NCBI GenBank assembly: GCA_017609985.1
Contig: JAFCCW010000004.1
Span: 15,899-79,898 of the forward strand
Reading direction: 5' to 3'
DNA from: Candidatus Iainarchaeum sp.
GTDB lineage: Archaea; Iainarchaeota; Iainarchaeia; Iainarchaeales; JAFCCW01
DNA: 64,000 nt
The position numbers and the translations under genes were made by a program. The notes beneath the pieces are model-generated. The model did no database searches and had not been told where the DNA came from. It worked only from the letters and a program-made list of their open reading frames with translations. Shown piece after piece: positions 40,268 to 50,045 of the stretch (positions are counted from its first letter, which is position 1; each line of letters begins with the position of its first letter).

Positions 40268-41728
40268 TTATTTAAGTGAAACTCCTTTCGATTTGAGCAA
40301 TTCTTCAATTGGCTCTTCATCTGATTCAGTTGTAACTTCTGCAAGCATTGAAAGATTCTTTACAAGTCCGCACTGTGGCCCATCAGGAGTTTCAATTGGT
40401 CCAAGTCTTCCCCAGTGAGTTCCATGAACATCTCGTGCTTCGTAAAGCTCTCTGTTTTTGTTCAATGGGCTCTTAACCTTTCTCAAGTCAGTTAATGGTG
40501 AGAGATAATTTACTCTGTCCATAAACTTGCTTACTCCAGTTGCTCTGCCAATCCAGTTTCCAGTACTCATTGCAAATCTTATTCTTTCAGTAATTGCCCC
40601 TGGCCTTACAACTGTTGCAATATTCAATTTTCTTCTTCTAGTAATTGTTCTGTCAATCTGGAATCTTAAATCTTTTATAAAATACTTGAAAGCATATCTG
40701 AACAAGTGCTCCATAAGTTTTCCGCTTAACTCAAGTCTCTTGTTTCCGTAATGGTCTTTGTCATCCTCACCTCTTAGGTTATGGAATCTTTCAATTGCCT
40801 TTGTTGCCATCATTCCAAGATAGTAAGCTTTTGCAAGCCTGTTTTCCTTTTCCTGTCCAATGTGTGGCAGAAGGAAAGCATCAATAACTTCCTGTGCTCT
40901 CTTGAGCCTGTAATCAATAACCTGGCCTGGAGCAACATATTTTCCTATTTTGTCAATTGCTTCTTCTTCAGTTTTTATTTCACAATTTTGCCAGTTAAGC
41001 AGTATGTCGTTCTGAATTTCAACACTTTCACCAAAAGCATTTGAAATCTCTTTAAGGCTTCCAAGTCCAAGAGCTTTTAACAACACGAACAAATTAAGCT
41101 TTCTTGGAGACGAAGGAAATGTGACAGAAAGCATTCCGTCTTTTCTTCTTCCAATTCTTACTCTTCCCTTAAAAGCACCCTTTGTAGAAATTACTTCTGA
41201 AGTAACGTCTCCGCTTCTTTCTGAAATCATAACTCTGTCTGATGCGAGAACTTCCTGAGTCATCAATGCTTTTTCAGAGCCATTAATTACAAAATAGCCT
41301 CCAAAGTCCATTGGGTCTTCGCCCATTTCAATAAGCTCTTCTTCTGTCTTGCCATTAAGCCAGCAAAGATTACTTTTCAGCATTATTGGCAATTCTCCAA
41401 TATAAGTTCTTTTGATGTCCTGTTCTACATCTCTTCTAAGCAGTCGCATTGTAAGAAAAACAGGTCCAGAATAAGTTCTGTTTCTAAGTCTTGCTTCCAT
41501 TGGAAAAAAGTTCTCTCTTGGAGAACCATCTGCTTCAAGAATTCTTGGATGCAAGACCTCTATTTCTGAAAGTTCAAGTTTTACTTCCTCAATTTTTGGA
41601 ATTATTTCATCATTTTCTTCAACAACTTCTGGAATTTTTTGTTCCACAAATTGATTGAATGAAGCAACTTCCATGTCGGCAAAATTTTTACCATCAAAAT
41701 AAGAGTTTATAACAGGCCATTTGTTCAT
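40268..41728 (-). CDS. rpoB2: DNA-directed RNA polymerase subunit B'' (N-terminal part of Rpo2)
   Basis: Split Rpo2 N-terminal half. GYFVINGSEKAL, rifampicin-region homologues. Confidence 0.9.
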   Translation of the reverse strand: MNKWPVINSYFDGKNFADMEVASFNQFVEQKIPEVVEENDEIIPKIEEVKLELSEIEVLHPRILEADGSPRENFFPMEARLRNRTYSGPVFLTMRLLRRDVEQDIKRTYIGELPIMLKSNLCWLNGKTEEELIEMGEDPMDFGGYFVINGSEKALMTQEVLASDRVMISERSGDVTSEVISTKGAFKGRVRIGRRKDGMLSVTFPSSPRKLNLFVLLKALGLGSLKEISNAFGESVEIQNDILLNWQNCEIKTEEEAIDKIGKYVAPGQVIDYRLKRAQEVIDAFLLPHIGQEKENRLAKAYYLGMMATKAIERFHNLRGEDDKDHYGNKRLELSGKLMEHLFRYAFKYFIKDLRFQIDRTITRRRKLNIATVVRPGAITERIRFAMSTGNWIGRATGVSKFMDRVNYLSPLTDLRKVKSPLNKNRELYEARDVHGTHWGRLGPIETPDGPQCGLVKNLSMLAEVTTESDEEPIEELLKSKGVSLK

Positions 41729-41738
41729 TTAATCACGC

Positions 41739-41969
41739 TCAGTCCACAATCCTATAATAGGTAGTTTTTCCTGCTGTTGGAGAATAACGATTTATTTTGA
41801 CTATGTCCCCCTTTTTTGGCTTAAATTCCTTTATTGCTGGGTCGCCTTTTGGGATTTTTGGAAGTTTTGATTTGTCAATTCCAAGTTCAGAAATAATTTG
41901 TTCAACGCTATCGCTGTCAAGAAGAGAATGCCTTGGAACCAGAAAGTGTTCTTTTACGTCAAATGCCAC
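41739..41969 (-). CDS. rpoH: DNA-directed RNA polymerase subunit H (Rpo5)
   Basis: HFLVPRHSLLDSDSVEQIISELGI...GDIVKINRYSPTAG. Confidence 0.85.
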   Translation of the reverse strand: MAFDVKEHFLVPRHSLLDSDSVEQIISELGIDKSKLPKIPKGDPAIKEFKPKKGDIVKINRYSPTAGKTTYYRIVD

Positions 41970-42124
41970 GCTTGTCTCACCAATTTAACGCGGATTTTTG
42001 AAGGATTTTGAAATAATTGCTTAAAGCACCAGTTAAAGCCTTGTCATCATATCCAAAAAAACCGCGAGCAGAAATACATCTAATAAACTTTTATCAAATT
42101 TTATACGGAAACTATTAAAAAGCT

Positions 42125-43201
42125 TTGTTCAAAAGTCTTGTTTATATGCTTGAATTTCTTTCACAACAGTATTTTGGAAACAATCTTTTACAGTATTCTT
42201 TATTCTTCGGAACACTTATAATTTCTTTGATAGTTGGAAAAATACTTTCTTTTATTATCAAAAACTATGCTCAAAAACTTGCTGACAAAACCAAGAGCAA
42301 GATAGATGACATGCTACTTGACATAATTGAGAAACCAATTCTTGTAATTCTTGTTCTATTGGGTGCTGGTGTTGGTTTTCAGTTTTTGAATTCTCCAAAC
42401 AGCTTTGCTGATTTTTTTTATAATTCATTAAGTATTGTTGGGGTAATCATCTTTGCCTGGTTTTTAATCAGGCTTGTTGATGCTTTCATTGAAGAAGTTG
42501 TAAAACCTGGTTTTGACAAAACAGAGTCAAAACTTGATGACCAGCTTCTTCCCATAATCTCGAGAGGAGTTAAAGCTTCAATCATAATAATTGCTTTTGT
42601 AGTAATTCTTTCCTCTTTCGGATATGATGTTACTGCATTGGTTGCAGGTCTTGGAATCGGAGGTCTTGCTTTTGCTTTTGCTGCAAAGGAAACAATCTCT
42701 GACGCATTTGGGGGGTTAAGCATTTTCACAAGCAAACCATTTGTTGTTGGCGACTGGGTTCAAATAGACAAAGTTGTTGGGGTTGTTGAAGAAGTTGGCT
42801 TAAGGTTCACGAGAATAAGAAACCTTGACAAGCGACTTGTTACAATTCCAAACAGCAAGGTTGCAAAAGGAATAATCGAAAATATTTCTTCTGCTCCAAA
42901 AAGAAAAATAGTGCTTAACCTTGGTCTTACTTATGGAACATCCTCTGCAAAGCTGGAGAAAGCAAAAAAGATGCTGTCAGACATCATAAACAAACATCCT
43001 GAGTGTGAGGATAATCCTCATATTTCTTTTTCTGAATTTAAGGACTCCTCCTTGAACTTGTTTGTAATCTATTATATTCTTCCCGGCGAAAAAAGCTGGC
43101 TTGAAGTCAGAGGGGAAATAAACGATGAAATCAAAAAACAGTTTGATAAGGCAAAGCTTGATTTTGCTTTTCCGAGCCAGTCAATTTATTTAGAAAAATA
43201 A
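42125..43201 (+). CDS. mscS: small-conductance mechanosensitive channel (MscS family)
   Basis: TM helices followed by the MscS beta-domain SKPFVVGDWVQIDKVVGVVEEVGLRFTRIRNLDKRLVTIPNS. Confidence 0.85.
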   Translation: MFKSLVYMLEFLSQQYFGNNLLQYSLFFGTLIISLIVGKILSFIIKNYAQKLADKTKSKIDDMLLDIIEKPILVILVLLGAGVGFQFLNSPNSFADFFYNSLSIVGVIIFAWFLIRLVDAFIEEVVKPGFDKTESKLDDQLLPIISRGVKASIIIIAFVVILSSFGYDVTALVAGLGIGGLAFAFAAKETISDAFGGLSIFTSKPFVVGDWVQIDKVVGVVEEVGLRFTRIRNLDKRLVTIPNSKVAKGIIENISSAPKRKIVLNLGLTYGTSSAKLEKAKKMLSDIINKHPECEDNPHISFSEFKDSSLNLFVIYYILPGEKSWLEVRGEINDEIKKQFDKAKLDFAFPSQSIYLEK

Positions 43202-43237
43202 TAGCAGTTTTTTAAATATCTGTTTCCTAACTAGTTA

Positions 43238-43807
43238 ATGCTTGCAAAATCAAATATCTCAAAGTCAAACATTTCAAAGCCAAATATTCGGGAAGCAGAC
43301 ATCTTGGAAAAAATACTTCCTTATGTAGAAGATGGCGAGCGTCTTTTAGATGTTGGTTGTGGAAAAGGCAAAATTGCAAAAATAATTTCTCAGAAAAAAG
43401 ATGTTCTTGTTGTTGGAGCAGAAATTTATGATTCCAATTGCTGTATTGACTGCAAGCGGTTTGATGGTTGCAATCTTCCGTTTAAAGATTCTTCTTTTAA
43501 TACTGTTGTTGTTGTAGATGTTATTCATCATGCAGACGATGGTTTGAAGCTCCTTAACGAGCTCTGCAGAGTTGCGTCAAAAAAAGTCATAATTCGAGAT
43601 CATTATTATTCAAGCTGGCTGGGCCTCTTATTTCTCAAATTTGTTGACTGGACAACAAACATAATTCATGGAGTCAGCACTCCGTTTAATTTTAGGACAA
43701 AAAAAGAATGGGAAAAAGACCTTGCTTCTTTGCCCGCAAAAAACTTAAAAATTGAGTATTATCCTAAATTTGGGATAAAAAACATTGTTGCAGTTCTTTT
43801 TCTCTAA
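43238..43807 (+). CDS. class I SAM-dependent methyltransferase
   Basis: Motif I LLDVGCGKGKIAKII and motif post-I VVGAEI. The N-terminus carries an SKSNISKSNISKPNI tandem repeat. Confidence 0.7.
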   Translation: MLAKSNISKSNISKPNIREADILEKILPYVEDGERLLDVGCGKGKIAKIISQKKDVLVVGAEIYDSNCCIDCKRFDGCNLPFKDSSFNTVVVVDVIHHADDGLKLLNELCRVASKKVIIRDHYYSSWLGLLFLKFVDWTTNIIHGVSTPFNFRTKKEWEKDLASLPAKNLKIEYYPKFGIKNIVAVLFL

Positions 43808-43856
43808 TCGTTTTTTGATTGTCTTTTTCTTTAAAATAATTAGTTCGATAAACAGC

Positions 43857-43907
43857 TAACAAGAAATACTTTTAATAAGAAATACTTTTTTTAATAAGAA
43901 ATACTTT
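43857..43907. repeat. 3 tandem copies of a 16-nt unit TAA(C/T)AAGAAATACTTT in the convergent intergenic region
   Basis: Read directly: copies at 43857-43872, 43873-43888, 43892-43907. They lie between the 3' ends of the methyltransferase (+) and ACS-GNAT (-) genes, in a T/A-rich possible termination region. Confidence 0.5.
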
Positions 43908-43965
43908 ATTTCTTTTATTAATATTCTATATATTAAAACCACAATTTACTTCTTTAATAACTTCT

Positions 43966-46659
43966 TTATTTCTTTTTCTTCTTTTTTTCAAATTTCAACA
44001 GAGCCTTGTATGCGTTTTCTTCAGGAATATTCTCCATTTCAAAGCCTCTTGCCTTGCACACATCCACCATTATCCTGTTTTCCTTCATTATTGTGCCGTA
44101 AACCTGCTTTAATCCTCTTTTTCTTGCAATCTCAAGAATATAATCCATCATTTCGCTTCCCAGTCCCTTGCCCTGCCATGGATCCCCCACAACTATTGCA
44201 AACTCTGCACTCTCATTGTTTGGGTCGTGAATAAGCCTTACTACTCCGAGCATTTTTTTCTCACCTTTTTCTTCAGCTTCTGCAATAATTCCTATTTCTC
44301 GGTCATAGTCATTGTGAGTATATCTGACAAGCAAATCATGGGTTACCTCTTTGATTATCCTAAAAAATCTGTACTTCATGGTTTTCTCGCTAAATGTCTT
44401 GAACATTTCTGCTTCCATTGGCTCGTACTCTGGTCTGTTTGGCTTTAGCATGATTTTTTTTCCATCAACATTAATTTCTTTAATCAATTCCTTTGGATAA
44501 GGTCTTATTGCAAGATGTGAATAGGTTTCATCTTTTTCCTTTGGCTCGCTTTCAAGAATAATTCTTGCATCAAGCACAACAGCACCCTGTTCATCAACTA
44601 AAACAGGATTCATATCAACCTCTTTTATTTCCGGAAAGTCAGCAAGCAAATAAGAAAACCTAATAAGCATGTTTTCCAGCTCACGAATATTCGCAGGCTT
44701 CTTGTGCCGGTAACCCTTCATTGCATCAAACACTTTTGTTTCCTCCATAAGCCTTCTTGCAAGAGTCTGTGTTAGGGGTGGCAATGCAATATTTCTGTCC
44801 TTCATAACCTCAACTGCTGTTCCCCCTGCCCCAAAAACAATAACTGAACCAAACAAGCTGTCCTTTTTGGAACCAATCAATACCTCATAACCCTCTTTAT
44901 TAATCATTCTTTGAACAGTGACTCCCTCTACTTTTGCATCTGGATTTGCTTTCTTCACATTCTCCATTATTGTTGTAAAAGCAGTTTCAACTCCTTTTGT
45001 TGACTGCAGGTTAAGAATTACTCCTCCAACATCGCTCTTGTGAGTAACCTCTTTTGAATCAATCTTGAGCACAACAGGAAATCCAATTTTTTCAGCTGCC
45101 TTTCCCGCTTCCAACCCATTCTCTGCCTTAACTGTTTCAACTGAATGAATTCCATACTCTTTCATAAAATTCTTGCTCTCTGCCTCTGTCAAAATCATTC
45201 TCTTTTCCCTGCACGCTCCGGAAATTATTCTTTTCAGTTCTTTCTTGTCTGGATTAATTCCTGAAACAACTGCTTCCGGTGTCTCGTAAAGAAGCTCTAC
45301 ATTGTGCTTGTATCTATACATGTTCATGAAAGTGCTCACAGCATCTTCCGGGGTAAAATAATTTGGAATATTGTTACTGTGAAGAGTATTTACTGCTTCT
45401 CTCACTGAAGTCTCCCCAATAAAAGACGCAAACACTGGCTTATCTGTAAGCTTTGCATTTTCAATAATTGCCTTTGCGCTACCGGTTGCATCACTGCCAT
45501 CCTGTGGAGTAAAGATTGCAAGAATTCCGTCAGCATCAGATTTTTTTGCGCAAACCCTTAGTGCTGAATCATATCTCTCTGCCTTTGCATCTCCCAAGAT
45601 ATCAACTGGATTGCTTCTGCTCCAACACTTTGGAAGAACCGCATCAAGCTCTTTTACTCCCTTACTGTTAAGCGAAGCAAGCTCTCCACCCTTTTCAATT
45701 AATTCATCAGTAGCCATTACTCCTGGTCCGCCTGCGTTTGTAATAATGCAGAGTTTTTTTCCTGAAGGACGGGGCTGCATTCCAAGAACCTGTGCACAGT
45801 TGAACAAGTCTTCAATATCATAAACACGAAGCACTCCAGCTCTCTTGAAAGCAGCATCATATATTGCATCTTCCCCTGCCAAAGCACCAGTGTGGGAAGC
45901 AGCAGCCTCTGCACTCTCCGCAAACCTGCCGCTCTTAACAACAATTATTGGCTTGCTTCTGGCAAAACCTGAAGCAGCAGACATGAAAGATCGCGCATCC
46001 TTTATTGACTCAATATACAAAATAATACTGTGAGTGTGACTGTCTTCTCCAAAATAATCAATCAAATCACCAAAGTCAACGTCAAGCATTGAACCAATCG
46101 AAACAAAGTTGCTGAAACCAATGTTGTTGTAAGTAGCCCAGTCAATAACTGAAGTGCAGAGCGCACCAGACTGGCTTACAAAAGCAACACTTCCTTCCAA
46201 CGGCATCATCGGAGCAAAGCTTGCATTAAGATTCAGTGGAGGCCGAATTATTCCAAGACAATTTGGTCCAATAAGCCTCATGTTCTTTTTTCTGGCAGTT
46301 TCTGCAATATTTTGCTCTAGCTTTTTTCCCTCTTCATCCAACTCTCCAAATCCTGCTGAAACAATTACTGCACCGCCAACGTCTGAATCAGCACATTCTT
46401 GAATCACGCCTGGAACAAACTTTGCAGGAACAGCTACTACTGCTAAATCAATTTCTGCAGGCACTTCTTTTATTGAAGTATACGAGTGTATTCCCTGAAC
46501 ACTTTTATGGTTTGGATTAACTGGGTAAACAGTTCCCTCAAAACCTCTTCCAATCATGTTTTTGAGAAGAGAATAACCAACCGAACCCTGCTTTGAACTG
46601 GCTCCAACCACAGCAATATTCTTGGGAGAAAAAATCTTGTCCAAGTTCTTCGTACTCAA
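43966..46659 (-). CDS. Pat-like protein acetyltransferase: acetyl-CoA synthetase (ADP-forming) alpha/beta-like region fused to C-terminal GNAT domain, 897 aa
   Basis: N-terminal CoA-binding Rossmann (IAVVGASSKQGSVG), a succinyl-CoA-synthetase-like domain, an ATP-grasp, and a C-terminal GNAT (AFxIVVGDPWQGKGLGSEMMDYILEIARKRG). Confidence 0.8.
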   Translation of the reverse strand: MSTKNLDKIFSPKNIAVVGASSKQGSVGYSLLKNMIGRGFEGTVYPVNPNHKSVQGIHSYTSIKEVPAEIDLAVVAVPAKFVPGVIQECADSDVGGAVIVSAGFGELDEEGKKLEQNIAETARKKNMRLIGPNCLGIIRPPLNLNASFAPMMPLEGSVAFVSQSGALCTSVIDWATYNNIGFSNFVSIGSMLDVDFGDLIDYFGEDSHTHSIILYIESIKDARSFMSAASGFARSKPIIVVKSGRFAESAEAAASHTGALAGEDAIYDAAFKRAGVLRVYDIEDLFNCAQVLGMQPRPSGKKLCIITNAGGPGVMATDELIEKGGELASLNSKGVKELDAVLPKCWSRSNPVDILGDAKAERYDSALRVCAKKSDADGILAIFTPQDGSDATGSAKAIIENAKLTDKPVFASFIGETSVREAVNTLHSNNIPNYFTPEDAVSTFMNMYRYKHNVELLYETPEAVVSGINPDKKELKRIISGACREKRMILTEAESKNFMKEYGIHSVETVKAENGLEAGKAAEKIGFPVVLKIDSKEVTHKSDVGGVILNLQSTKGVETAFTTIMENVKKANPDAKVEGVTVQRMINKEGYEVLIGSKKDSLFGSVIVFGAGGTAVEVMKDRNIALPPLTQTLARRLMEETKVFDAMKGYRHKKPANIRELENMLIRFSYLLADFPEIKEVDMNPVLVDEQGAVVLDARIILESEPKEKDETYSHLAIRPYPKELIKEINVDGKKIMLKPNRPEYEPMEAEMFKTFSEKTMKYRFFRIIKEVTHDLLVRYTHNDYDREIGIIAEAEEKGEKKMLGVVRLIHDPNNESAEFAIVVGDPWQGKGLGSEMMDYILEIARKRGLKQVYGTIMKENRIMVDVCKARGFEMENIPEENAYKALLKFEKKKKKK

Positions 46660-46875
46660 TAAATCACCCTTTGTTCATCAAATCTTTCTTAACTCAAAAT
46701 AAAAAATAAAGAAAAAAAGCTATTAATATAGTTTGCGAGAAAAAATATTAATAAATCTATTTGATTGTTTGTTCTGGAAAAATTCTTGGTCAATTTCCTC
46801 TTGCTCACTGTTCACACAAGAAAGCAAAAGAATTTAAAACAAAACGCAGACCAAATTAATAGTAATGCGATTTTT

Positions 46876-46947
46876 GCCCCTGTAGTCTAATGGTTAGGAT
46901 ACAGCCCTGTCAAGGCTGTGATTCGGGTTCGAACCCCGGCGGGGGCG
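46876..46947 (+). tRNA. tRNA-Asp(GUC)
   Basis: Acceptor GCCCCTG/CGGGGGC, anticodon stem CAGCC/GGCTG with loop CU-GUC-AA, T-loop TTCGAAC. Confidence 0.8.
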
Positions 46948-46959
46948 CTTTAATCCTTC

Positions 46960-47400
46960 TCATTCTTCCAAAATTCTTTTTTCAAAAAACCAGGCAAGCC
47001 CTATTCCTGCTAATGGAAGTTCTATCAGGGGAGCAAAAGCCCAGCTTGCAACAATTGCGAGAGGATAGTTCATTGAAGTAAGCACAAGAAACTGCCCGGG
47101 CACTGTTGCAACAATCCAGACAAGAAAGCCAAACACTAATCCTTTTTTGACAAATCCCCTGGCTTTAACACAGTCTCCAAGCTGTGAATAAACTCCAGCC
47201 ATTGCTAAACCGTAAACAAATGGGTGAAGAAAAAACAAAAGCATCATTGGGTCGTCCCAAGCCCTCATTCCTGGTTGTCCAGCCAGCCACTCTCCATAAT
47301 CTGGAATCATTGCTTCAAATGCAAAATTCATCATAATCATTATTAAAAAAATTATTACTCCTGCAACAAGACCTGCTCCAACAATCTTTTTCAAATTCAA
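46960..47400 (-). CDS. hypothetical membrane protein (146 aa, about 4 TM helices)
   Basis: Hydrophobic helices only; no recognisable motif. Confidence 0.45.
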   Translation of the reverse strand: MNLKKIVGAGLVAGVIIFLIMIMMNFAFEAMIPDYGEWLAGQPGMRAWDDPMMLLFFLHPFVYGLAMAGVYSQLGDCVKARGFVKKGLVFGFLVWIVATVPGQFLVLTSMNYPLAIVASWAFAPLIELPLAGIGLAWFFEKRILEE

Positions 47401-47409
47401 TTAATCACC

Positions 47410-48975
47410 TCATAAAAAAATCTGCTTTACGCTAATAATGTTTTCAATGTTTTTTAATTTATCCATAACTTCTTCGCTGAGTGCAGAGTCAAGATTTATT
47501 ATCGCAAGAGCTTTTTCTCCCTTGCTTTTTCTGCCAAGATGCCATTCTCCGATATTTATTTTGTTTTCTCCAAGCAGGGTTCCCACTGCTCCAATTACTC
47601 CTGGCTTGTCGTAATTTTCCATGAGCAAAATTGTCCCAGCAGGGATAAAATCAGTATTGAATTCTTTAAGCTGGACAATTCTTTGCTTTTTTCCTTCAAG
47701 AATCGCTCCCTTTAAAACCTCGCTCTTGCTTCCATTGGATTTAACAGTTATCATGTTTGTGTAGTCTTCTTCTTCAAAACTTTTAGCCTGCTTTACTATG
47801 ATGCCGTGCTTTGCCGCAATGACTGGGGAATTAACATAGTTTACTCCGTCTCTTATTCTGGAAAGCAATCCCTTGAGAAACGCAACAGTAACAAGTTTTA
47901 TTCTTCCCTCCATTTCTCCCCGCGCCTCTATTTCAATTCCCTTGCCTGCATCCTCAAGCTGAGAATGCAGGTTTCCCATTGCCTCGGCAAGCTCAAGAAA
48001 CGGTCTTAGCTTTATATAGTCCTCTCCTTCAAACGGCAGGTTTACAACATTTCTATAGCTTTTTTCTTTCAGTGCATCAGCAACCTGTTCTGCAAGCTGA
48101 ATGGAAACTTTTTTCTGGCTCTCAAAAGTGTTTGCTCCAAGATGAGGAGTCACAAGAGTCTTTGGGTGCTTCACAAGCTTGCTTTCTTTTGGAGGTTCGT
48201 CTTCAAAAACATCAAGGCCTGCTCCATAAAGCTCTCCTTTGTCAAGAGCCTTAAGCAATGCTTTTTCATTAACTATTCCTCCTCTGGCACAGTTAATTAT
48301 CACAGCATTCTTTTTCATTTTTGAAATTTCCTTTTCTCCAATTAAATCTTTTGTTTCCGCATTCATTGGAGCGTGAATTGTAAGAACATCGCATTTCTCA
48401 AGCAGTTCCTCCAAGTCATCAACAAGTGTTGCTCCGCATTTCCATGCTCGTTCTTCTGGAATGTACGGGTCAAAGGCAAGCACCTCCATTTCAAATGCCT
48501 TGCATCTTTTTGCAATTCTGCTTCCAATTCTTCCAAGTCCAATTATTCCAACTGTTTTCTTGTAAAGCTCAAAACCAGTGAACTGTTTTCTTTTCCATTC
48601 TCCCTGTTTGAGGGAATCATTTGCATTAGGAATAGTTCTGCAAAGAGACAACAGCAAAGCCATTGTGTGTTCCACAGCACTAATTGTGTTCGCATCAGGA
48701 GTATTCATTACAATAATTCCTTTTTCAGAAGCACTGTCCAAATCTATGTTGTCAATCCCCACTCCGCCTCTGCCAACAAGTTTTAGTTTTCCAGAATTTT
48801 TCAAAAGCTCGCAATCAATCTTGGTTTCACTTCTCGTCAGCAGAGCATCAAATTCTCCAATCAGGTCAAGCAATTCATTTCTTTTAATTCCTTGCTTTTC
48901 AACAACTTCAAAACCCTGTTCTCTTAGCATGTCAAGACCGCTTTTTTCAATTTCTCCAGTCACAAGGATTTTCAT
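47410..48975 (-). CDS. serA: D-3-phosphoglycerate dehydrogenase with ACT domain
   Basis: NAD-binding GIIGLGRIGSRIA, catalytic R/E/H, and a C-terminal ACT domain (DKPGVIGAVGTLLGENKINI). Confidence 0.9.
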   Translation of the reverse strand: MKILVTGEIEKSGLDMLREQGFEVVEKQGIKRNELLDLIGEFDALLTRSETKIDCELLKNSGKLKLVGRGGVGIDNIDLDSASEKGIIVMNTPDANTISAVEHTMALLLSLCRTIPNANDSLKQGEWKRKQFTGFELYKKTVGIIGLGRIGSRIAKRCKAFEMEVLAFDPYIPEERAWKCGATLVDDLEELLEKCDVLTIHAPMNAETKDLIGEKEISKMKKNAVIINCARGGIVNEKALLKALDKGELYGAGLDVFEDEPPKESKLVKHPKTLVTPHLGANTFESQKKVSIQLAEQVADALKEKSYRNVVNLPFEGEDYIKLRPFLELAEAMGNLHSQLEDAGKGIEIEARGEMEGRIKLVTVAFLKGLLSRIRDGVNYVNSPVIAAKHGIIVKQAKSFEEEDYTNMITVKSNGSKSEVLKGAILEGKKQRIVQLKEFNTDFIPAGTILLMENYDKPGVIGAVGTLLGENKINIGEWHLGRKSKGEKALAIINLDSALSEEVMDKLKNIENIISVKQIFL

Positions 48976-50045
48976 TAATTCATCGCCTCAACAATTTCAT
49001 TAATTGTTTCCAGCAATTCATTCACATCATTTAGGCTAGTGTCCCCCATGTGAGCAATCCTGAAAGTTCTTCCTGCAAGTTTTCCATATCCGTTTCCGAT
49101 GAGAAAACCTTCTTTTTCAAGCTTTGAAATCAGCTCTGAAACATCAAGTCCTTTGTTGTTCTCAACAGCAGTAACTGTTAGGGATTCATAACCTGGTTCT
49201 GCAAACAAAGCCCATTCTTCTTCCGCCCATCCCTGAACAAGCTTTGCCATTTCCCAATGCCTCTCAAATCTCTGCTCCAGCCCCTCATCAAGAATTTCAT
49301 TCAGTTTATGGTTTAGTGCATAAATTTGTGGAATTGCAGGAGTGCTTGGAGTCTGTGCTTTTTTATCATATTTTGCAAACTCTGTAAAGTCAAAATAATG
49401 CCCCCTGTTTTTGGTTTCAGAAGCTCGCTTAATTGCTCTGTCTGAAACAGATGCCATTGCAAGTCCTGGAGGGATAGCAAGACATTTTTGAGAAGATGCA
49501 AGAAGCACATCTATTCCAAGCTTGTCTGTTTCAATTTTTACTCCCCCCAAAGAACTCACTGCATCAACACAAAACATTGTTTCAGGAAAGTCTTGCACAA
49601 TTTTTGCAATTTTTTCAAGCTTGTTCATGGCACCGGTTGAAGTTTCATTATGAGTTAAAAAAACAGCATCAAATTTTTCTTTGCTCAACTGTTCTTCAAC
49701 ATCCCCTGCCTTGATTCCCAAACCCCAGTCATATTCAAGCTTTTCTGCTTTCTTTCCATTTGCTTTTGCTATCTTAAACCATTTCTCGCTGAAAGCTCCG
49801 TTTACAAGATGAAGAGATTTGTTCTGGACAAGATTTCTTGTAGCTGCTTCCATGAGTCCGCTTCCGGAAGAAGTTGACAAAAAAATTCTGTTATCAGTAA
49901 ACATTATTTTTCTTAAATTTCCAGTGACCTCTCTGTAAAGTTTAGAAAAGTCTTCTGACCTGTGCCCAATCATCTGTTTTGAAAGACTGTTTCTAGTATT
50001 TTCACACAAGTTAACAGGCCCTGGAATAAACATTCTCTTAATCAT
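48975..50045 (-). CDS. class V aminotransferase (phosphoserine / serine-pyruvate aminotransferase family)
   Basis: PLP-fold motifs (TSTG, SSQKCL Lys region). It sits between serA and serB with overlapping stops and starts. Confidence 0.75.
   Translation of the reverse strand: MIKRMFIPGPVNLCENTRNSLSKQMIGHRSEDFSKLYREVTGNLRKIMFTDNRIFLSTSSGSGLMEAATRNLVQNKSLHLVNGAFSEKWFKIAKANGKKAEKLEYDWGLGIKAGDVEEQLSKEKFDAVFLTHNETSTGAMNKLEKIAKIVQDFPETMFCVDAVSSLGGVKIETDKLGIDVLLASSQKCLAIPPGLAMASVSDRAIKRASETKNRGHYFDFTEFAKYDKKAQTPSTPAIPQIYALNHKLNEILDEGLEQRFERHWEMAKLVQGWAEEEWALFAEPGYESLTVTAVENNKGLDVSELISKLEKEGFLIGNGYGKLAGRTFRIAHMGDTSLNDVNELLETINEIVEAMN

Noticed and set aside
43857-43907. CRISPR array
   Set aside because: Only three 16-nt units with 0-4-nt gaps. 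There are no spacers and no cas genes, so it is not a CRISPR.
46890-47081. + strand 63-aa ORF starting inside tRNA-Asp
   Set aside because: Overlaps a confidently folded tRNA and the start of a minus-strand membrane-protein gene; spurious.
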